In this document: positions 1-13,900 of the stretch, piece after piece
Position numbering within the stretch: position 1 is the stretch's first letter
Layout of the letters: the number at the start of each line of letters is the position of its first letter
Assembly (NCBI GenBank): GCA_002633005.1
Contig: NMRA01000356.1
Coordinates: forward strand, 262,167 to 326,166
Length of the DNA stretch: 64,000 nt
From: Phoronis australis
Lineage: Eukaryota > Animalia > Phoronida
Direction of reading: 5' to 3'
Program-made: the position numbers and the translations under genes
Notes under the pieces: model-generated
What the model was told of the DNA's origin: nothing
The model's input: the letters and a program-made list of their open reading frames with translations, nothing else
The model's database searches: none

Positions 1-3000
1 AAAGATTACAAAAAGCCATTTTATTCCTTAAAAAAACGTGCCAGGCTTTTTATCCTAACACGAGTGTTGTTGGACGAATAAGAACTATTTTATAAAAGTT
101 TTCAATGACTGAAAAGTTGTTACATTCCTCAAGACGCTATTCTGTTTGTTCAATAAGCCACGCCCATGCAAAATGTCAATCACAACGCTTTCCGCCACAA
201 TTGAAATCCAGTGCAGATATTGCCTACGTTTATTAGACTTTTTAGGCAAAGAAAACTTAGTCTGTTCGCCCTTCAAGGGATTTCCCAGTGGGCGGTCGTT
301 TTGATGCACGAACACACGTGAAGAGAGCTCAGGTTTCACGAACACTATGTAAGACGTACAAGCAGGTAAAATTATAAGTTGGCAAGCTATCGGATGTCAG
401 CCTTTAGCGTTCGATGGTAAAAAACACCGTTAATTACAGGAAATCCACTCAGCCGGGATAGTTTGCGATTATAAAAAAGCCATTAAAGTGACCAATTTGC
501 GACTCGGTTTCAACATAAAAATGTCAAAATTTATTTCTTTTATTTCCGTAAGCACTATTCGTAATTTACCATGGCTCCGACACTGTGAATTTATCACCAT
601 CGAAATAATAGGAACAATGACGTATTTGTTTGCGCTTTTTCATTTGGGTTTAAGGTTCACTGTACTTAAACCAATTATATTAAAAATGTTTAACTATTTA
701 TACAATAGTTTTTACAAGCATCGTGCAGTGGTAAATAGTTTTAAAAGTGTAATAAAATAATTTCACATTGTTAACTAATATTTTGTACTTTAGTCAATTT
801 ATGAAAATCACATTTTCGTAAGTCAGTATATAAGCAAAAGTACGTAAAAGGCCTTCAATTTGTATTCGTCATGTTCAAAGTCTGTGGGTAACGCGACAGC
901 AGACACGTCATTAGGATTCTGTTCACACAAGCGAGCAGCTAAGTACAAATTAACTTGGTAACTCGCTGTCGTTTTTAATGTGCAGTAATTAAATCACACT
1001 CCCAGGCTTTACTACAAGTTAGTTAAATCTGGCAGAAGATGGATTAGGACTATCGCCCTTGAGAGAGCTGATATTCTAATCTATAACAAGTGTCAACTGT
1101 CCAGTGAATCAGGTCCAAGTACTTGGAGTCTGGACATGTTGAAAATATAAATAAGTTCCTAATTTTCTAAATGTTATTACTATAAGTCGCTAGCATTAGT
1201 AAAATAAATCCTTAACAACGACAAGCGGTAGTAGCAACTTCGACAACAAGAACAATGGTTACAAAAACAATAATGATAACGAAAATATCACTGGCATTCA
1301 TAATCATCATGATTTGAATGATAATAATTGCAAAAAAACTAAGTGATAATCATGGATACATTATACATCAAAAACCGAAGCGTTAGTGTAAGGTAAACAG
1401 GTCATGTTTATTTCTATTTTAGTCTTGGATGACTTAGTGCTATATATATGTTGAAAGTGTTCTGTGCCACATAGCCCACAATGTGACTTCCTGTGCTTGA
1501 AGTAATTTTTGTCCACTTTCTATTGATGTGGGCACGCTGACTGACGTATCCATCCGTTGTCCACTATCATGTACGGAACCTGGGGGACATTTCCTTGAAC
1601 TTGTATCAAAACATTGAAACAGAAGCCGTGTTAAACTGAGTCACTGCACCTTTCTAGTTCACCTGTAGGAGTCAACAATACTTAATTTCGTGCTCGGTCA
1701 CGAACGATTCCCCGGGACGATTCGGGTCGTTAAAAACATGAAATTCTTATAGGTTTGGTCATTTATGGATGGTCGTAAATTTAGCCCGTGTGTGCCCGCG
1801 TGTTTACGGACGTCACTTGAAGAAAAACGGAAGAAAGCCAAGGCGGGACAGATGCAATGATTCGTTAAATCTCTTTCCCACACCGAATTGCCTTTAATTA
1901 TATGTTTGTTCAGACCTGAAGCGTTCTAAATTTGGAATATAATTATATTCAATTCACAGTAAAACCTATTTTTAAATAGTAAACCACGATTTCGGAGCCA
2001 ACACATTTAAAATCGTTGTTTATTTAGCAAATGTGTGTGTTCTCGCAACCATTGTGACTTTTTGTAATTCAGTGGTTCTGTTAATTAAAGAACAATTAAG
2101 GGTTTTGACCCTACTTGCACGAAAACTGATAAAAATAGCAATAATAAATATTCACCAAAATTATTTGTTCGAATTTTGTGTTGTATTTTAGCGTTTCTAC
2201 TAATTAATCAAAGGTTTCGCTAAAGCGGCTACAAACCTGACTGTCATTCATCACAGAAACCTTTGATTTAGATCACTTAGTCAAATTAGAGCTTGGAAAG
2301 AAGTGAGTTGCCTTGAGACGAGGCTTTATAAGTTGTATTGTCACGGCGTCTCATTGCGTCAATCTCGAGGAATAATCAACGATCAGTTCTTTCCGAGCCC
2401 AGAAATCCCACCTGAAGACAGAGCAATTTGAAACCAATTTTATTGGGGTAATATGGCCTAAATCAAAGTTGGCTTCTTTAACGGAACGCGAAATTCAATT
2501 CATATCCGCTTTAAACTGTGATACCGATTAGCACACTAACTTTCCGCTCCTATGACGATAAATGTAAATCGTTCAAAAAGGCTTAAAAAACATGCAGAGA
2601 ACGAATCAAGTGATTGAAATATAGTTCCTAAGCTATAAAACAGATTGTTATGTACCGACAATTTACTCACAGGAGCTAAAAACGCCAAGTGCACGTGCAC
2701 CTATACCGAAAATGTTATTTTTTAATTAGTGATTTAATTTTTACTGCTCTTCAATACCTTATTATAAGCATTGACAAACAAGGCAAAACCCACGTGGCTG
2801 ATTGACAGAACACTGTTTTACTCATCAACGCCAGTCACGGTTTTGAACATGCTTGGCAAACTTCTCGTTGAGTGAGTGATGGGTCTGTGGCGATTGGGTT
2901 GACACCTCGCGAGAACTCATGAAGTACTGTAAAACATCTTTGCACGCCAATCTTATCCATTGGTTTCATCATGGGTTCATCTCATACCATGGGCGACGCA

Positions 3001-6000
3001 ATGTAGGGGCTGCGCTGCCAATCCATACAGAGGTTCCATAGAAGGAAACACAGAGACTGTTGAAAAATAATGATATAGTACGAAACGGGGGAGGGGAGGA
3101 ACGAGGATATCAACGTTTGGTCACGATTGGGGTGAAAGGTACAAGGGACCATGTAACTAGTATTATAGGATGGGCTATACGTTCAAAGGTTATGTGGCGG
3201 TTACTTGGCGACTGACGGCAAAGGGCCGGTGCCATCTTGCAAAGCTTTTAAGTCGTCACAATTGTTTTTATTTTCCTTTCTAACTGCGACCATGAGAGAA
3301 TGAAAATTGGTTATCATAACTGCTTCCGAAGAATTTCTTTACTGTTTTGGTGCCCCTACTATCAAAGTGCCAACGTTCTCCAACCTCAATAGAGATTACG
3401 CGCATTCTTCGAATGAGGTGAAGAGCCGTGTGTATTTTAGTGCAAGATGTTACTCAACAATACCCTCTGCACCAGTTAAGCACCAATTTAGATATTTTCG
3501 ACTTGTAATTGCTTTTACGTTGACTAAAATACTATCGATATCTGAGACATTATGTTATGTCTCGATGACCATTGAGCGGAAGACATTTCAATTACAACTG
3601 TCTATCTTCACACGACTGGTTAAAGTGATTGGCGATTTACACTTGCCGACGTACAACGGTAGCACAGAGAATCTGACGTAGAAGCAAAGTAGTAAAACCA
3701 AATGGGCCCGTCGCACTCGAACGACGCGGGATATAACGTTGAATTTCAACGATTTGAATATTCTTTGAAAGACGCTCTTTCCGGCGCTTCTTTCCAGTGA
3801 AAATTTCACAAAAAGGAATTTGACTGCAATGCCAATATAGTTTAAACTTATTCCCAAATTATGCAAATGTTTTCAAAATAACCAGAACTGATTATAGAAA
3901 TTTCAAAATTGTTTTTGAATTTCTGTTGTTGCAGTAGCAACTTAAAGTGGTCGCCTCGAGTGAACGGCATTGAAATTCACTTTTCATGAATTGCCAGTAA
4001 AAAACGCAAATGCATTCACGGATATTATCTTTAAAATGTAAGGTTATTTTACTAACGCCTTTCGACTGATGAAACTGTGTTCTCAATAAACTTGCAAAAA
4101 ATAGTTTTTTTAAAATAAAAATTGAGCGTTTTATGAGTACGTCCAACTCTCAGAAGTTATACCATAGAACTGTAGCTAACCAGTTCTTCCAATACTATGG
4201 TTAATAACTAGAGTAATCCCTAGTCTGAGTACTATCTTTTATATGAAGTGACTGACACCGCAAAATTCAAAGATAGACGTAAAGAGCACGTTCCTCAGGC
4301 AGAAAAGGGCGGACAATATCAGACTCACTGCATTGTGCATGTAGTTTGTCTGCATTTGCTCATTTGAAGGAGTTATATCTAATATGTTCCGTCAGAAGAC
4401 ACGACAGAAAAGATATCGCCCTTGGTACCTTGGTCAACCAATCAAAAATATAAATTTGAATTGTTTAACATTGGTGATCCTAAACTCAGACGTCATCAGC
4501 AAAAATGCTAATGACGTCAGTGGTTTAGCGTACTGAATTGATATTGTGTCCTTCTTTTAATGAAAAACATTTCACGAGATTAAACTTACAACCAGGTTGT
4601 AAAACCCTACCTGTGATGTTTAACACTGCAGTATTCGTGTCATAATGTAAAAAGTACGAGTTGTGCACATTTCGGCAGAGTACCGCCAAGTGTAATTCAG
4701 CGACACGCCGGGAGTCTTTTTGGAAACTATCCACATAGGTCGATTAACGCAAAAAACTCAAACTGAACAACAAACAAAATATTTCAAATGTCGACCAAAG
4801 TTTAGTTAATCAACAAAACACAATTCATTCAAGACCGTCTATTATGAGACGTGTTCAGTTTCACAGCAATTTAATTTAAAATCAGGTCCTTGACATAATG
4901 GAACACCTGCACACTGTGCCTGGATTTGGCGAAAAGACATTTGTGTCCCTGCACTTACCGTTGAGGTAATTGCCCTTCGATTTTGGTCGTCGGTTTTGAC
5001 AGGGCGGAAATACTCAAATACGGGATTTGGATTATTTGAGTCGAAATGGTTTCGCTGACGGATCTACTGGCTTTTCGAGTTAGACATCATCAACAAAGGT
5101 CATCTTTGGCAAAAATGCTTTTATCGTTGTGTCATGAGAATGAGTCGGTAGAACCCCTCGATTAAATCATAGGTAGGTTACCGAGATCTTACAAATTTAT
5201 AGACTACTCTAGTGTGATAATTTTTGGTGATGTATAAATTTACTACTATATAATTACTACTGCTAATTAACAACTTGAGTATTTTTATAATTTGTATTAA
5301 AACTAGATTCACGAATAAGTCATTCTTAAAAATTACTTGAAATTTTGGATTGCATGTAGTGCTTTCAAGTAATTGGACAATGAACGCAGGTCACATTGAA
5401 ACAGGCATGCAGATCAAATTTGTTTCACAGCATACCTGAACATGAATCATTAAATGATGTCGTACAGCACGACAATAGCGAGCACATGTTTTCGAAATTA
5501 TTTCCGATGTACATATTATGTCCAGCAACTGCTCGTCTGACAAGCATTACTCGCAAGATCGCCCACGTCAACGTCCCACCTTCGTTAAAATTCTGATTTA
5601 AGTTGTACACCTGTGGAGGTTAATTAGAAATTGCCCCAGGACGAGCAGGTGTTGAAACCTGCTCCGTTCCTTACCTATAATCTAGTTTGGCAAAAACTTT
5701 TATGGTCAGACATAGCTGTGCGTTTTTTACCAAAATGGAAGCATGAAAGATACCGCCTTGAAGTGACGCTATTTAAAATTACTCATTCTTTAATTTGTGC
5801 TCTCGTGAAGCCCTGAATAGAATAGCCCTAAGCAAACTTCGCTTTTCACATCAGATCACGACATTTTGAAAGCCTGCGGAAGAGCCGTGTTCGCTTGAAA
5901 GCACAAGCCGAAATTAGGAAGAACGAAAGTATAATTGAATACAATAAATGTTTCAGTTGAGGCCCAATATTGAAGACAGCTACACAATAGTGTTGAGAAA

Positions 6001-6703
6001 TGTCAACAAGTTAATCGTATAAAGTAAACATGCCGAAGGGCAATGGCATTATTTTCAAGGGCCATTGCGTACCACTACGTGCACGTCGGACATGTACTCG
6101 TAAGTAGCAACGGTCAGTCTGGACCGTTTCGAAATGTCCCATAACTAGCAGCGACATCTTTTGTCGTGAACCATCAATCGATTGCGTCCATTGAAGCAAT
6201 CTCGAACCAGCGCCCCTTATGTAGACTCGGTGGTCAAGTATTTGAAGTGCCTTTGAAGGTAGAACATCATCTACAACTGCGAACAGAGCGAGACTGTCAC
6301 TAAGCAAAGTAAAGGTACCTACGCTTGTTCTAATTATTTAAAGAAATTATGCAAATGCATATGATATGCAACAAAGAATTTATACCACCAGCAAACTAGG
6401 CCTATGGTACCCATGACGATTCCAAGGCTGACCCCATAGGGTGCACAGGCTTGAAAACGCAAAATTCTGATGCAGTCAGCTTAAAGTTGGCCACTGCAAC
6501 AAATGGAACTTCCTTTTGTAAAGACACTCTTCTTTTGCGACATTTGAGCCTTCAGTTTTGTTTGGAAACAGCATTTCATTTTCAGAAAACACATGGATCT
6601 GAAACATTTTATACCATTGATTTAGAAATTCAATAATTTGTGTCTTCGAAAAGGTCCACCTGTTTTCAACAGTACTTCATCAAATAGTGTAATGTAATGA
6701 AAT

Positions 6704-6945
6704 GTAATATAAATCTATGCAATGAATTATTTGTTGTTCTGTACTGTAATACAAAGCTATGCTATAAATTACTTGCTGTTCAGCACTGTAATACAAAGCA
6801 ATGCTATGAATTACTTGCTGTTCTGTATTGTAATACAAAGCTATGCTATAAATTACTGGCTCTTCTGTACTGTAATACAAAGCTATGCCACGAATTACTT
6901 GTTGTTCTGTACTGTAATATAAAACTAAGCTATGAATTACTTGTA
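6704..6945. repeat. 42-bp minisatellite, ~5-6 copies
   Basis: Unit ~TTACTTGCTGTTCTGTACTGTAATACAAAGCTATGCTATAAA. Confidence 0.9.
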
Positions 6946-7628
6946 ATTATCACTTTTTAATTTTGCACTGTTGATATTAACACAGAAACAATTCAATTGT
7001 TTAAAAAGGAAGGCAGTCATTTCAACCAAGAATCTTTTATTAAAATAGAGCAATAAAATATATTTACAAACAATCTCTTCAACAAATACAAAAATAAAAT
7101 TTAAAAATTCTCCAGTTTGAGATAGTGAAAAATTAATTATTTTGTCCCAAATTCTACAAAATAGGCAGTATTGGCGGTCCCAAATTCAAGAAAGACTGCA
7201 AAATTACATTCTGTATTGGCGGTCCCAAATTCAAGAATCACCGGAAAGACTGCAAAATTACACTCTGTTAATTGAAAATACATTGTTCGAAACTTGAGAA
7301 GTATGGTAAACGTCAGAATTGCTCATATCCCAAATACCAGAATCAAGAAAATTCAATTTTTGCAGTTTTCATGTCCCAAATGCTAGACACTATTCGAAAT
7401 TGGAGAATTTTTACCATATGGAAATTATCACGAGTTGCAACCAAAAGCAGTCTAAATACACAACATTTCACAAATGAAAATAAATATCTTTCAGCAAGAT
7501 AAAGGCTCACACAAAAACACTCAAAGTTTAAAAAATATAAAAGACTTTAATTGATAAGAGATGTATTCTGCATTTTCACCATACACATAAGTGTACCCCA
7601 ATTTGCATTCATTTTAGACACTTCATGT

Positions 7629-7634
7629 TTTATT
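7629..7634 (-). terminator. Candidate polyadenylation signal of the F-box/WD40 gene
   Basis: AATAAA on minus ~315 nt after the stop; another near 7037. Confidence 0.4.
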
Positions 7635-7948
7635 GTAGGTGCACTTCTAGTTATAGTTTGGTGTCACAATAAATGACTTCATGAACCTCTCGTTTGCCAT
7701 GTGGTTATGGATTAAACCTCAAGTTTGGACACTGTTTCAGTCCTAAAAACAACCTAAACCGCCTGGTAATGACTAGATATAACTGAGCACAGTTTACTGT
7801 ACACAAAGGGCTACATAAGAGAGCTCAATCTATACAGAAGAGTACCATAAAGCCCAGGTTAAAATAATTTGGACATGTTATGACTAGATCAAAAATCCTA
7901 CACGACTACACCACAGTACTTGGCTGAGAGACACTCCAGTGTCACCAT

Positions 7949-10900
7949 TTATCTGACTACTGGTTTGGCCTCCCAAATTTGAACATATCCGTCATCACTA
8001 CAGGTGACCATCCGCTTGCCAAGGACCTAAAATGAAAATAACAATTAACAGTAACTGGCAATAATTCATTTACTTGGCAAAGCAAGTTTATATAAACATT
8101 TGATTAGCCTGGCACCGGGACAACTACCTATAAGACCAAGGTACGTATACTTCAGGGGTCAGACTGACGAAGAGGCTTAGGCCAAAAGGTATGTCTGACA
8201 GATTGAGACAACCAAGGCTGAACAACAATTTTTGCTTCACTTTTCTGTGAGACCACTTCCCTAATCATCAGATCATAACAGAGAAACAAAATTGGGGAGA
8301 CAATCTGTCACACGTCGAGGCTTAGTACAATGCAGTTCAATATTGTGCAGTTGAACAGAACATTAGACATTACTAATCAGTGCAGTTTCTAGGCAGAAAA
8401 ATTACCTTAGACTTGACTTACTCGATTAAACATAACTTTGAAATATTTTTTGCTAAAAATGAGCCTATTGAAAAAAGCCTGCCAACATAACCAGACAGTG
8501 CAAGTAACCAACAGAATTCCACCAACTAAAGTTCTAATGAGCTCCAGTCATGGCACTAACTGATTTCCAGTCATTATTCTTTTGATACAAAAAATGAAAA
8601 GCTTGTCAACACAACTTTCAAATTCACTTCGCTAAAATGAGCTTAGTTCTAAGCAATAACAAACTGCCGGTCACTTTTCCCCATGTGTGGGTGGGCGCAG
8701 GTTTCACCGACCAGTGCTAATAGCTGTCAGTGTGATGACAGACTGGAGACTGGTTTGAGTTAATCACTTTATTAATCTCGACTGTACATTCACTAGCATT
8801 CTCAAACAAAAAAGTCTGACGTAATGTCTGTTTTATGCTCCGGCCAGAGCTGCAAAGCCTTGACTTGTGGGTGACCTACTGAGACTAAGAACAGTGTCAG
8901 TCTACTCCTGACACTGTCATTTGTTCCAAAGTTTGGAAAGATGTGACAGTTTCTTACTGCTTCAGACCATGTTCAGTGCACCAAATGACACCCAGTGACA
9001 AGCTGACTTGTAGAGCCTCATTTCAAAAAATAACGAAATGTCAGTTCCTAACAAGACGAGAAATCATCTGCAAAACAAGCTGATACCTATTTCAAAATGG
9101 TGCATGGTCTAATCAAACGTTAGCTTATTTTGGAAGGCAGATCACTACCACAGATGCATAGAGAGAGATCTGACATTGTTGTGTGGAATCTTACTGTAAA
9201 CAAAGCAGTGTGACTTTATGAGGATAATGTAAAATAATGCCACAAAGGAACTACTAAAACAAAAATACACTACGCATTATTAGCAAGAAACCTAGATTAA
9301 GGACAAAAGAGGATTTTCATTTTAAGTTCAAAATATCTCGAAAGTGACATCACTGGAAAGGGTATGAAAATACAAGCCTTTTGGTTCCTTTTTCATCAAT
9401 GTTGACCCAACAGTTTCTAACTTAAGAGTCTTTTAGCCCAATGGCTTGCATGCTCCATAACACTCAGTTCCACACAAGATGACCACACTGCCCCAGGTAT
9501 ACAAAGTCATGTGATAGCAAATATCTGCCATATCTGCCTCACCTTTCAAACATCATGCAACCTTTTGTATTTGTCTTCAACACGGTGACTTAGCATTCAA
9601 AATTACACATGATAGCACTGTGGACTGACAGAAGTTAACTGATTGGTTCAATAGAATTGTTTAAAGACAAGACAGTGGTGACAGTTTACCCCTTCAGTAG
9701 CGACTCCCTCACTCTCGGAATCCTTGTCATTCATCCACAGAACAACAGCCAAGATCACCAAGAGACACAACAGAATACACAAAACGACAGTTCTCTTGGA
9801 GATCTGTTGTATTGTTACTCTTTAGGAGGTAGAAAAAATATAGGGGGAGTTTGAGATGAGGTATAACATTGTCATACACTGACAGAACATCTTCAACCAC
9901 ATTTGTGTACATGAAGGACAGCTGCAAAAATATTCTGAATGCTTCAGTGGAAAGTCAACCCAGCCAACTTGCTTTATTACAATTTGCGATTTCAGCTTGA
10001 TGGAACAATTCATTTTTTGATATAACAACAGCATAACGAAATACGTCTGGTTGTCAGATGGCAATAGGGTACTTGGACGGACAGCGTTCAGTGCTCTTGC
10101 CAGGAGATTTAATGCAGTGAGATTTCCCAGCATTTTTTGTAAATTCAACGCAGCTGTCAAACTACCAAATTGCACATTTGTGTGGTGGAATAATAAAATG
10201 ATTCACACACAAAAATGTCCAGTGACTGAAAGTGTCTCCGAGTGAAAGAAATTGTGATTCATCCCTCTCAACTCAGCCCATCCTGTAAGCAAAAGACATT
10301 TTCTCACTCTCACAGTGCTTAAGAGCTCTATGTCTAATGTTCTCTATTAGAGTGCTGCGAGGGAATTAATGCATTAAAATCAGGCTTCAAACAGACCTTG
10401 ATGTCCCTTACAGCTCCAGAATGACCAACAAGGTGTCTCAAGCCTGTCATGGTGATTAGGTCCCATTCTGTGGCAACGCCATCACTGAAACAAATACGGC
10501 ACATTAAACACCAATTCTATTTTCTCATGTTTCACGAGACAAGTTTATCACCCTGTCTATGACAGGTAACTTCAGGTAACTTCAGGTATTAAGATAATAG
10601 ATTATCTCTGTTACCAAAGACTCAATATCTTGAGTAAGAACTATATACAGCTCTTATGTAAGACATAGCCCAGCTGGTTGCAATCACATGATTTTGTTTT
10701 TCTCATAAGTCATGATTTTTACAAAGATAACTGATCTAATTTTCACATTTTTTACACAAAACTTGCAAATTCTGTTGGTACAAGAGTGTGTTCAGTATTT
10801 TCTTTTAAGGCCTTTTAGTTCCAAGAGCTCAGCTGCCAAGACTTCCATTTTTCCAAGGAATGTTGAGAAGTTCTCGGGCATAAATATCTTCAAAAGAAAA

Positions 10901-13900
10901 TCACAGACATGCCTTTGAGGCAAATAAAATAAAGGAACAGAATTTGCAAATTTCATGCAAAAAGTTCTTGTTAGTGGAAATTACATTCACCTCCATCAAA
11001 AATCAAGATTTTAGGAAAAATGTAAACACATGATTACAAACATCTGGGCATTATTATAGTGCACATAGTAAGACTGTGATTACCAAGGATTTTGAAATAA
11101 TGTGCGTAATATTTATTTGCTTTAGTCCACAGCTTTATCTGGCTGATTTCTGTATAACTCTAGTTCATGTCATTGTATGGTATTCCTGCCATTGATCAGT
11201 TTCAAGGCAGCTGATGTCATTCTATTTGTGAAAACAAGTACAACTGCACATTTGTTATGGCATAACGTTAAGTGCATCATGTGGACAGAAATGCCCAACT
11301 TGATGCTCTTTAGTTTGTTTAGTACATGGCTCTCTCCTTAAACCATCGCCATGGTTACTGTAACAAAACAGGTACTGATGGCAACAATACCACAGCATAG
11401 AGAATTTGCATTTGGTTTATACTGTGCAGAAGACACAAGAGGGTAACACCCACCACAAACGCACTCTCTGTGCACTGCTGAGCACTGACCCACTTAAGAG
11501 GTACTGGTTGCTACTAAATGGTTACTGATTAACTTTTACCCAAACAAGAGCAACGCGGAGCATTGAAATGCACCCACGAATGCATCGCAAATGGTGCGCT
11601 TTTAGGGTTGTTTATTTGTGTCATAAAAATGGCCACTAGATGGCGCAAAAAGGTACAATCCATCCAAAAATGTAACATGCTTCTTTAATAGACAGCCATA
11701 CACCAAATTTCATAGAAAACAGTCACGAAACTTCAGAGAAACAAAGAAAAACAGATTAAAATGAAATTGCCACTAGGGGCACACTGTTCATTGGATCCGC
11801 CTGAAAGTCTTCATTGTCTGTTAGCTTCATCAAAATACACTTGCTAATTAAATTTAATACAGATCCTGCAGTGGGTTTAGGAGATACAGCTAAGGGCGTA
11901 AAACAAAGTACTACTAGGAGGCACCAAAGTAGTCAAAGTTGTCATCGTCAAACGTTCTCTTCACACTGAGAACATATACGCCAATTTTCAAAACCATCCT
12001 TAGAATGATTTGGTTGATAGAGGGGTAGACGCCAAAAAACAGACTCAAAAACAGCAAAAATTGCTACTAGGTGGCGCAAAATACCTTGATTCCATCCAAA
12101 ACAGGGAGGATAGCGTCATCTCACCAATAGATGCCCGTATTCAAAATTTTATGAAAATCCGTTGAGGTAAATGTAAAACTAAAATTTCAACCAGGGGACA
12201 CACCAGTAGTCAGATCCATCCGAAAATCGTCGTCGTCCGTTGTCAACATCATATAAACACATTTACTAAAAGATCCTGCAAACGGTTTAGGAGATACGGT
12301 CATGGGCACAAAAAACGAAACTGCCCCTAGGAGGTGCCACAGCAGTCAACGTTTTCAGAAATTGTTGTCACCCGTCCACTTCATAGTAAAAACATACATG
12401 CCAATTTTCACAATTATCCTGAAAGTGGTTTGGTTGATAGAGGTGTGGATGCCAAAAAACAGACTCAAGAACAGTAAATATGGTCACTAGGTGGTGCGAA
12501 CTAGATCGAATCCTCCTGAAAATGGAAAGATAGTGTCACCTCACTAACAGAAGCCTGTACACCAAATTTTATGCAAATACATTGAGGACCTTTGAAGATA
12601 CAGAGGTAAACATAAAAAAAATAAAATTGCCACTAGGTGGCACACCAGCAGTCAGATCTGTCCGAAAGTCGCTGTCGTCTGTTGTCATCATCATATTAAT
12701 GCACTTACTAAATTCTGTAAAGATCCTCCAAACGGTTTAGGAGATATAGCCATAGGCGAAAAAAACAACAAAACTAACACTAACGCTAAAAAACAGACTC
12801 GAAAACAGTAAAAATGATCACTAGGTGGCGCAAACTATATCGAATCCATCCAAAAACGGGAGGATACTGTCGTCTCACTAATAGATGCCTACATACTAAA
12901 TTTTGTGAAAATATGTTGAGGACCCTTGAAGATACAGAGGTAAATGTAAATAATTAAAATTGCCACTAGGGGGCACACCGGTAGTCGAACCCGTAAGAAA
13001 CTTCACTCATGCTGTCCCATCCATAAAAGCAGGGCTCAACATTAACTTTTTAAGCCACTTGAAACTTTTACTTGCCCGAACAAAAAATTCACTTGCCCCA
13101 AGTACAATCCCAAATAGCACCGTGCATGTGCACACCTAGGTAATTTGTTACGGCAGGGCTGCCTGTGCTGAGCCTCCTCTTGTGTTGTGCTAGGCAATGA
13201 CCATCGCCTCTGTTGGCCCGAACCAGAGGCGATGCAGAGGCTATAGGCGCTCTGTACGCCAGAAGCTTTTCGGCGAATTATGCCTCGCACTGACTAAACC
13301 ATCAGAGTCACGTTGTTATAAATACCTTTTGCGCATAGAGGAACACCTGAGGAGGTTGTCGATGTGTTTAGTTCCTTCCAACTCGAACAAATACTCCCAT
13401 TATCAAACTTTTTCTTCGAGCAGTCCCTATTTCAGTTCCCAAAATCGTGAACTCACCATTTTTATACTGTGCACACTCCAATTTTTACCGCGCTCGCTAG
13501 GTGATGTGACTTCATGACCTCAATCTTTAAATAGGCCAAAGGTGAGCCATTGCGGTCTTGTCAGTCAAATGTTCGTTTCCAAAATGCCACCACTTATACT
13601 TGTCTTTAATTGGCGTTACTTGAAACTGATTGTATTTCAATGAATTATTGTTTGTATTTGATAAAAATAAATGCTGTTGATATGACATTTAATAGTCTTT
13701 GTGCACATATTTGACATTTTAATGTTTAACAACACGGCAAATGCACGGCTGGTTCCCGGCAGCACGTACGCGAAGGGCGGGAACTTCAGCTTTCAAAGTT
13801 CGCCGGTAGGTCCGCAACTTCTGACCTTCGGCCTGGTTAAAAAAATGAAAAAGTTGATTTCACGATTTTGGGAACTGAAATAGGGACTGCTCGAAGAAAA

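Noticed and set aside
6011-6307. 98-aa minus-strand ORF
   Set aside because: Non-ATG start, no recognisable domain and no supporting splice pattern.
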